Shown here: one piece after another, positions 25,914 through 32,000 of the stretch
Position numbering within the stretch: the stretch's first letter is position 1
How the letters are laid out: each line of letters opens with the position of its first letter
DNA from: Opitutales bacterium
GTDB lineage: Bacteria > Verrucomicrobiota > Verrucomicrobiia > Opitutales > PNEW01
Length of the DNA: 32,000 nt
Assembly (NCBI GenBank): GCA_965219535.1
Contig: CBDCNV010000002.1
Location: 630,001-662,000 of the forward strand
Reading direction: 5' to 3'
Notes under the pieces: generated by a model
Told to the model about the DNA's origin: nothing
What the model saw: only the letters and a program-made list of their open reading frames with translations
Database searches by the model: none
Program-made: the position numbers and the translations under genes

Positions 25914-26777
25914 ATGCTTACACAAAAACAGATCGATCAATACCATACTTTCGGATGCCTTATTCTAAGAAATGTTCTCCGCGAAAAAGACATTGATAGA
26001 ATAAACGCAGAGTTTGATAATAAACTGGAGACGACCTTTCGCGGGGAAGCGAACGGGGGGAAGCCGATTCATTGCAGCTGGCCTAATTTAAATCCGGATT
26101 CACCTTTTACCAGTACCCTCCTGGAAGATCCACGGATCTATGAGATTCCAGAGGCATTGTTCGAAGATAAAGTTTACGGGGTGTCCTGTACTGCCACCAG
26201 TTTTATAGAAGATACTCCTTGGCATCCCGACTCCGATCTTTTTCAACTGCACGGAATTAAAGTCGTCATCTATCTCGAGCCGCTCAATGGCGATAATGGT
26301 GCCTTGCGGGTCATTCCCGGTTCACATTTGAACCCCTATCATGACGAAATGCATGCGATTGGAATGTTGGCTGATTTTGATAATCGACCTCTGCCGAGCA
26401 GTCCCTACCTTATCGAGAGCGGCCTCACTATCAAAGATGTCCCTGCACTAATCTGCAGTGTAACTCCTGGTGATGTTATAGTCTTTAATTTCCGGATATG
26501 GCATGCCAGTACCGGGGGTAAGTTTGATCGGCGCTTTATCTCAAATATGTTTATTAAGGATACCGTAACACCCGAAGAAGAAAACGCGGTATCCGAATTA
26601 ATACAAACGACAATCAAAAATCGTGTTAAACGCGCCAGGGAAACCTTTCCTCACCCGAATCCCGAGTACCATTCGGAATGGTTGTCCAATCCAGATAAAA
26701 ATCCTAAGCGTCAATGCAATATCGATTGGATGCGGAAGAAGGGATACTTTGAAGACTATGAAACCTCATTGGTTTAA
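25914..26777 (+). CDS. PhyH-type Fe(II)/2OG dioxygenase, array copy 3 (sub-type B)
   Basis: MLTQKQIDQYHTFGCLILRN, PWHPD, GALRVIPGSHLNPYHD, IWHASTGGKFDRR. Tail WLSNPDKNPKRQCNIDWMRKKG. Confidence 0.85.
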   Translation: MLTQKQIDQYHTFGCLILRNVLREKDIDRINAEFDNKLETTFRGEANGGKPIHCSWPNLNPDSPFTSTLLEDPRIYEIPEALFEDKVYGVSCTATSFIEDTPWHPDSDLFQLHGIKVVIYLEPLNGDNGALRVIPGSHLNPYHDEMHAIGMLADFDNRPLPSSPYLIESGLTIKDVPALICSVTPGDVIVFNFRIWHASTGGKFDRRFISNMFIKDTVTPEEENAVSELIQTTIKNRVKRARETFPHPNPEYHSEWLSNPDKNPKRQCNIDWMRKKGYFEDYETSLV

Positions 26778-26796
26778 TCCTATAGCTGAATAATTC

Positions 26797-27675
26797 ATGC
26801 TGACCGAACAACAGATTCTTCAATTTCGCACCTTCGGCTTTATTCTTTTAAAGAACGTTCTCAGTGAGGATGAGATCCAGAGAATAAACACAGAATTTGA
26901 CCTTAAACTAGCGTCCACATCGAGCGGGAAATCGGATGGTGAGAAAACGGAGCGGATGAGCTGGTCCAGTCTGGGGCCGGATGCTCCTTTCACTTCATCT
27001 CTTTTGGAAGATTCACGAATCGTGAGCATCGTGGATTCATTGTACGGTGAAGATTATTACGGTATATCCTGCAATGCCTCGAGCATGGTCGGTGAAACAA
27101 ACTGGCATCCCGATGCTGACAACCTTAATATGCATGGATTAAAAGTGCTTTGCTATTTACAGCCACTCAATGGCAATAATGGAGCCCTGCGTGTCATTCC
27201 CGGTTCACACCTTAATTCATTGCACGATGATATTAAGCAGATTGAAATGCATGAGCCCAAACATGACGGGCTCACGCATATTGCTGCAGTGAATGACTCC
27301 GGCTTCGGTCTGAAAATAGAAGAAGTTCCCACCTGTGCTTGCTCTGTAATTCCGGGAGATCTCGTAGTCTTTGACTTTCGCTTGTGGCATGCCAGCTCAG
27401 GGGGATCCAATAACCGGCGCATGATATCGATGATTTTTATAAAAAATGCTATTACGCTTGAAGAGGAAGAAGCCGTTAATCAATCGGTCCTCAAGTCGCG
27501 CAGGAACCGGGCAATTCGTGCTAAAGCAGCTTTTGGGAAATTGGGTTCGGAATACCACCCGGACTGGATCGCAAATCCCGATAATATCCCGAGACGTCAA
27601 CGCTGGATCGATTGGATGCGGGAGAAAGGTTATTTCGAAGTTTATAATGCGTCATTAATAGAATCTAAAAATTAA
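26797..27675 (+). CDS. PhyH-type Fe(II)/2OG dioxygenase, array copy 4 (sub-type B)
   Basis: MLTEQQILQFRTFGFILLKN, NWHPD, GALRVIPGSHLNSLHD, LWHASSGGSNNRR. Tail WIANPDNIPRRQRWIDWMREKG. Confidence 0.85.
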   Translation: MLTEQQILQFRTFGFILLKNVLSEDEIQRINTEFDLKLASTSSGKSDGEKTERMSWSSLGPDAPFTSSLLEDSRIVSIVDSLYGEDYYGISCNASSMVGETNWHPDADNLNMHGLKVLCYLQPLNGNNGALRVIPGSHLNSLHDDIKQIEMHEPKHDGLTHIAAVNDSGFGLKIEEVPTCACSVIPGDLVVFDFRLWHASSGGSNNRRMISMIFIKNAITLEEEEAVNQSVLKSRRNRAIRAKAAFGKLGSEYHPDWIANPDNIPRRQRWIDWMREKGYFEVYNASLIESKN

Positions 27676-27685
27676 AAATAATACC

Positions 27686-28504
27686 ATGCTGACCGAACAA
27701 CAGATACACCAATTCCATACCTTCGGGTTCATCGTCTTAAAGAATATGTTAAGTGAGGACGAGCTTAAGATCATCAATGAGGAATTTGAAAAGGGCTACG
27801 CCAAGAAAGATAAAAGTGAATTAATCGCCGGCGCACGCGTGCAGTTGAACTGGTCGAACCTCGAACCTCACAGCCCCTTCACTGCTTCGCTGTTAGAGAA
27901 TAAACGGTTTTACGGAATTGCGCAGCAGCTCTTTGGCGATGATGCAGTGGGAACGAATTCACAATCCAACCATTACGCGGGTACACGCAGTCCCTGGCAC
28001 CCGGATGTTGGCCCTAATACTCATGGGTTTAAATTTACCTTTTATCTCTCGCCTGTGGACGCGGAGAGTGGAGCGCTGAGAGTTATTCCCGGATCACACC
28101 GTCCGGAATTCAGCGATATGATCAGAAAAGTCCGATTGAGAGACAATGATCCCGGGCCGCCCGAAGATCCTGGACTCGAGGTAAACGAAGTTCCCTTTTG
28201 TTCCTGCGACTCTCAACCGGGTGACGCGGTCCTATTCAATTATTTAATCTGGCACTTCAGCTGGCACGGTTCCCAAGACCGGCGCATGGTATCACTGCAG
28301 TATTATAAAAATCCAAAAACGCCGGAAGAAATTGAGGCGGCGCGGAATACGGCGAAACATATTCGGGAGCACAGGAAAGATAAATTAACGATTGATAGGG
28401 ATTACCCTGATTTTTGGCTTTCCAATCCCAACAACAGTCCGGTTCGCGCGCGCTTTATAAAGTGGCTTCGTGAATGGGGCTATATTGAATCCATGCCCGC
28501 TTAA
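27686..28504 (+). CDS. PhyH-type Fe(II)/2OG dioxygenase, array copy 5 (sub-type A)
   Basis: MLTEQQIHQFHTFGFIVLKN, PWHPD, GALRVIPGSHRPEFSD, IWHFSWHGSQDRR. Tail WLSNPNNSPVRARFIKWLREWG. Confidence 0.85.
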   Translation: MLTEQQIHQFHTFGFIVLKNMLSEDELKIINEEFEKGYAKKDKSELIAGARVQLNWSNLEPHSPFTASLLENKRFYGIAQQLFGDDAVGTNSQSNHYAGTRSPWHPDVGPNTHGFKFTFYLSPVDAESGALRVIPGSHRPEFSDMIRKVRLRDNDPGPPEDPGLEVNEVPFCSCDSQPGDAVLFNYLIWHFSWHGSQDRRMVSLQYYKNPKTPEEIEAARNTAKHIREHRKDKLTIDRDYPDFWLSNPNNSPVRARFIKWLREWGYIESMPA

Positions 28505-28535
28505 TTTAAATACACACTACAAACGCCATTATACG

Positions 28536-29354
28536 ATGCTGACCGAACAACAGATACACCAATTCCATACCTTTGGGTTTCTCGTCTTAAAGAATATGTT
28601 AACCGAGGATGAACTTGAGATCGTCAATGAGGAATTTGAAAAGGGCCTGGTAAAAAAAGATAAAAGTGAATTAATCGCCGGCGCGCGCGTGCAGCTGAAC
28701 TGGTCGAACCTGGATTCTCACAGTCCATTCACGGCCTCACTGTTGGAAGATAAGCGAATTTACGGGATCGCGCAGCAGCTCTGGGGAGAAGATGTAGTGG
28801 GAAAAAATTCTCAAGCCAATCATTACGCCGGTAACCGCAGTCCCTGGCACCCGGATGTCGGTCCTAATATTCATGGGTGTAAATTCGTTTTTTATCTCTC
28901 ACCGGTAGACGCCGAGTCGGGGGCATTGAGGGTCATTCCCGGTTCCCACCGCCCGGAATTCAGTGACAGGATCAGAAAAGTACGTCTCAAGGATAATGAT
29001 CCTGGACCACCTGAAGACCCGGGACTCGCGGTAAACGAAGTTCCCTTTTGTTCCTGCGACTCTCAACCGGGTGATGCGGTACTATTCAACTATTTGCTCT
29101 GGCATGCCAGCTGGCATGGTTCCGATAACCGGCGCATGGTATCCTTACAGTATTGGAAAAATCCAAAAACACCTGAAGAAAAAGAAGCGATGGCAGCAAT
29201 GGCGAGCGGTTTTGTGAAGAGAAGTCATGAAAAATTAACCGTTGTCCAACCTTACCCGGATTTTTGGCTTTCCAATCCGGATAACAATCCCCTGCGCGCG
29301 CGCTGGATAGAGTGGCTGCGTGAATGGGGCTATATTGAATCCCTAACCGTTTAA
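28536..29354 (+). CDS. PhyH-type Fe(II)/2OG dioxygenase, array copy 6 (sub-type A, near-duplicate of copy 5)
   Basis: The ATG at 28536 gives MLTEQQIHQFHTFGFLVLKN, the same length (272 aa) as copy 5. The track start 28470 overlaps copy 5. PWHPD, GALRVIPGSHRPEFSD, LWHASWHGSDNRR. Confidence 0.85.
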   Translation: MLTEQQIHQFHTFGFLVLKNMLTEDELEIVNEEFEKGLVKKDKSELIAGARVQLNWSNLDSHSPFTASLLEDKRIYGIAQQLWGEDVVGKNSQANHYAGNRSPWHPDVGPNIHGCKFVFYLSPVDAESGALRVIPGSHRPEFSDRIRKVRLKDNDPGPPEDPGLAVNEVPFCSCDSQPGDAVLFNYLLWHASWHGSDNRRMVSLQYWKNPKTPEEKEAMAAMASGFVKRSHEKLTVVQPYPDFWLSNPDNNPLRARWIEWLREWGYIESLTV

Positions 29355-29385
29355 ATTTATACGAAAGATAGAGAGGAGATGGGCG

Positions 29386-30171
29386 ATGCTTACTGAACCG
29401 CAAATCACGTTTTTTAATACCTTCGGGTTCATTATCCTGAGGAAAGTGTTTTCCGAGGAGGAGCTCGCGACTATGAATGATGAGTTCGATGCATCGTTAA
29501 GGAGTATTCAAAAGGAGAGGCCCGATAACGAACCACCGAAATTTTTAAACTGGTCAAACCTTGGTCCGGATAAACCCTTTCTAAGCATGCTGCCGGAAGA
29601 TCCACGCATTTATGAAACGGCGGAACAGCTATTTGGAGAGGACACGGTTGCCGTGTCATCGAACAGCAATCGCAGGGTGGGAGACACGCGCTGGCATACG
29701 GATCAATCTCACCCCCATTCTTATGGAATGAAATTTGCCGCTTATTTGCAACCCCTCGAAGCCAGTAACGGCGCCTTTTGTGTCATTCCGGGATCACATA
29801 AACAACCTTTTAATGATAATCTTAAGCATATAGAATTGGATAGTCCGGAGATCACTTTACCCTCTTATTCCTGTGATTCAATTCCAGGAGATATGGTCCT
29901 TTTCAACTTTGCCCTCTGGCATTCCAGCTGGGGAGGTTCCTCTGATCGACGCATGTGCACCGTTGACTTCTATAAAAATCCTGTAACACCGGAAGAAGTA
30001 GAGGGCACCTATGATCAGGTTAAAGTCGATGAGAAAGTATACGCTAAAATTCGCGCTTCTGGGTCGGGCTTTCATCCGCACTGGTTAGCCAATCCTCAAA
30101 ACAGTCCCCGGCGCCAACGCTGGATCGATTGGCTGCGGAAATACGGGTTTGTCAAATCAGAAGCAGCTTGA
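29386..30171 (+). CDS. PhyH-type Fe(II)/2OG dioxygenase, array copy 7 (divergent)
   Basis: MLTEPQITFFNTFGFIILRK, RWHTD, GAFCVIPGSHKQP, LWHSSWGGSSDRR. Tail WLANPQNSPRRQRWIDWLRKYG. GAGGAG lies upstream of the ATG. Confidence 0.85.
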   Translation: MLTEPQITFFNTFGFIILRKVFSEEELATMNDEFDASLRSIQKERPDNEPPKFLNWSNLGPDKPFLSMLPEDPRIYETAEQLFGEDTVAVSSNSNRRVGDTRWHTDQSHPHSYGMKFAAYLQPLEASNGAFCVIPGSHKQPFNDNLKHIELDSPEITLPSYSCDSIPGDMVLFNFALWHSSWGGSSDRRMCTVDFYKNPVTPEEVEGTYDQVKVDEKVYAKIRASGSGFHPHWLANPQNSPRRQRWIDWLRKYGFVKSEAA

Positions 30172-30206
30172 ATTTATTATAATCTAAAATCGAAAAGATA
30201 AAAACT

Positions 30207-31037
30207 ATGATCACAGAACAACAGGTGTACTTCTTTAAAACTTTTGGATTTCTCGTGCTTAAAAACGTTTTAACACCGGATGAAATAAAAAAAATAAATG
30301 AAGAGTTTGCGGTGGGATTGGCCAAAATGGATGAAACTAAAATGGGTGCCTCCGTGAGGAAGCAGTACAATTGGACTAATCTCGGACCCGATTCACCTTT
30401 CACTGCCTCATTGCTGGAGGATGAACGGTTCTATGGAATAGCTCAGCAAATTTTGGGGGATGACTGTGTGGGTGTCGATTCTCATGCAAATCAATACAAC
30501 GGGAATCGCAGTCCCTGGCATCCTGATATCAGGGAACCGGGGCCGGACCAGTTCAGTGGTTTTAAGTTTACCTTTTACCTTGCACCGGTCGACGGCAATT
30601 CGGGTGCTCTCCGGGTTGTTCCCGGTTCGCACTGCCCCGGGTTCAGTAGAAATGTCGAAAAAGTCTATTTGAAAGATAATAATCCCGGACCGGACGACGA
30701 TCCCGGTCTCGCTGTAAATGAAGTCCCCGCCCACATTTGCGTGTCCAAACCCGGGGACGCGGTGATTTTCGATTACTTTGTCTGGCACTCCAGTTGGGGT
30801 GGCTCAAAAGACCGCCGGATGGTATCACTGCAGTATTACAAAAATCCGAAAACCCCTGAAGAAGAGGAAGGCATGCGCCAGATGGTTGCTTTTCGGAAAA
30901 ATTTTAATAAAGGATTCAAACGTGAAACCAAACTTTATCCCGACTTCTGGCTTTCAAATCCGCATAATAATGCTATGCGTAGTCAATGGATAGAATGGTT
31001 TCAGAAGTGGGGCTTTATCGATGCGGTTAATGCCTGA
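30207..31037 (+). CDS. PhyH-type Fe(II)/2OG dioxygenase, array copy 8 (sub-type A)
   Basis: MITEQQVYFFKTFGFLVLKN, PWHPD, GALRVVPGSHCPGFS, VWHSSWGGSKDRR. Tail WLSNPHNNAMRSQWIEWFQKWG. Confidence 0.85.
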   Translation: MITEQQVYFFKTFGFLVLKNVLTPDEIKKINEEFAVGLAKMDETKMGASVRKQYNWTNLGPDSPFTASLLEDERFYGIAQQILGDDCVGVDSHANQYNGNRSPWHPDIREPGPDQFSGFKFTFYLAPVDGNSGALRVVPGSHCPGFSRNVEKVYLKDNNPGPDDDPGLAVNEVPAHICVSKPGDAVIFDYFVWHSSWGGSKDRRMVSLQYYKNPKTPEEEEGMRQMVAFRKNFNKGFKRETKLYPDFWLSNPHNNAMRSQWIEWFQKWGFIDAVNA

Positions 31038-31096
31038 CAATTAAAGAAAATTATATATTTTATTTAAAAATAATATTCAAAACTACCCCTTAAAAT

Positions 31097-31942
31097 ATGA
31101 TCGCTGAAAATTACAGCCTCACCGAAAAACAAATTCTACATTTTGAAACCTTTGGGTTTTTAGTCCGCAGAAATGTTTTCAGTGCTGAAGAAATGGCGAC
31201 AATAAATGGAGAATTCGATCGCCGCCGGGCTTCCATTTTAGCTGAAATCGATCCTGAAGAGAAAAAGACTTTCACTCAATGGCCTACCCGAAATCCGGAA
31301 AATCCCTTAACTGCCAGCTTGCTCGATGACCCGCGAATTTATGTGCCATCTGAACAACTGGTAGGAGAAGATTCCATTCCCGTCCAATCTCACTGCAACA
31401 GTTACGGGAAAAGTAGTGGATGGCATGTGGATACTTTTGATCGCCATTTATGTGTAGTCAAAAACATCATGTATCTTCAGCCGACAACCGCGGATCGTGG
31501 GGCCTTGCGTGTTATTCCCGGTTCACATAGAAATCCTTTATCGGAAGACCTGCACAGCATGGATTTGTATGGTTTCCATGATGACTCGTCGCCATTTTTA
31601 AAAGCATCCGGCATGAGAGGAGAAGATATACCCTGTTACATATTTGAGTCGGAGCCAGGCGATGTCATTACCTTTAACGAGTTAACCTGGCATGCGGCCT
31701 TTGGCGGTTATAAAGATCGCCGTTCCCTATCCTATAATTTTTTCACCAACCCAAAGACGGACGATGAAATTGAGTCGATGAAAACAATTGTCGAGCATAC
31801 CCCGGCAAACACACAGGGGTTGGGAACCGTGGGACTCGAATACCATCCCACCTGGTTGGATAATGCTGACAACAACCCGCGACGCGCGCGCTGGATAAAT
31901 TGGTTGGAAGAATGGGGCTTTGTGGATGCTTTTAAAAATTAA
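31097..31942 (+). CDS. PhyH-type Fe(II)/2OG dioxygenase, array copy 9 (divergent)
   Basis: MIAENYSLTEKQILHFETFGFLVRRN, GWHVD, GALRVIPGSHRNP, TWHAAFGGYKDRR. Tail WLDNADNNPRRARWINWLEEWG. Confidence 0.85.
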   Translation: MIAENYSLTEKQILHFETFGFLVRRNVFSAEEMATINGEFDRRRASILAEIDPEEKKTFTQWPTRNPENPLTASLLDDPRIYVPSEQLVGEDSIPVQSHCNSYGKSSGWHVDTFDRHLCVVKNIMYLQPTTADRGALRVIPGSHRNPLSEDLHSMDLYGFHDDSSPFLKASGMRGEDIPCYIFESEPGDVITFNELTWHAAFGGYKDRRSLSYNFFTNPKTDDEIESMKTIVEHTPANTQGLGTVGLEYHPTWLDNADNNPRRARWINWLEEWGFVDAFKN

Positions 31943-31970
31943 AATTTAACCGGTTCTAAACTATAATATC

Positions 31971-32000
31971 ATGATACAGGACAACTATAGAATTAGTGAT
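31971..32000 (+). CDS. Probable start of a tenth array copy (runs off the window)
   Basis: An ATG 28 nt after copy 9 reads MIQDNYRISD, resembling MIAENYSLTE of copy 9. Only 10 codons are visible. Confidence 0.35.
   Translation, partial: MIQDNYRISD

Noticed and set aside
28470-28535. Upstream start (28470) for array copy 6 that would overlap copy 5 by 35 nt
   Set aside because: The extension MNGAILNPCPLNLNTHYKRHYT has no counterpart in any paralog. The ATG at 28536 gives the conserved MLTEQQ start and the same 272-aa length as copy 5.
24097-31942. Idea that the array encodes 2OG-dependent halogenases
   Set aside because: Halogenases of this superfamily replace the Asp of HxD with Ala or Gly. 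All copies here keep H-x-D (WHPD, WHTD, WHVD, WHND, WHRD).

Overview
Bacterial chromosomal window in three parts. All calls come from reading motifs by eye; no database search was run.

(1) 1-4500: two base-identical IS3-family insertion sequences lie in direct orientation. One spans 1-1150 and is cut by the window edge; the other spans 2760-4104 and is complete at about 1345 bp. Each abuts a broken gene: a proteasome-type hydrolase fragment and an SDR/uronate-dehydrogenase-like gene. Together they bracket a DUF2332-like gene. Both transposase frames carry an in-frame TGA.

(2) 4500-24000: redox and catabolic genes.
- A four-helix-bundle ('23S rRNA IVS protein' type) cassette flanked by inverted repeats.
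- An orphan xanthine-dehydrogenase-family Mo subunit and a YceI-like protein.
- A two-gene NAD-type, Cys-containing formate dehydrogenase.
- An 805-aa orphan protein, a 3-hydroxyacyl-CoA-DH-family enzyme, an AI-2E transporter and an ankyrin-repeat lipoprotein.
- A minus-strand cluster of PhyH, mutarotase-like, enolase-superfamily and acetamidase genes, followed by an aldo/keto reductase.

(3) 24061-32000: the stand-out feature. Nine complete, head-to-tail, tightly spaced paralogs of a PhyH-type Fe(II)/2-oxoglutarate dioxygenase sit here. A tenth starts at the window edge and an eleventh lies on the opposite strand at 22150-22947. All keep an intact HxD...H...RR catalytic signature and share a C-terminal W-L-x-N-P-x-N...R-W-I-x-W-L motif.

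No rRNA, tRNA or CRISPR array was seen. Most start codons lack an obvious Shine-Dalgarno; exceptions include 7371, 17750 and 29386. TGA is used as a normal stop. The taxon cannot be determined from the sequence alone.
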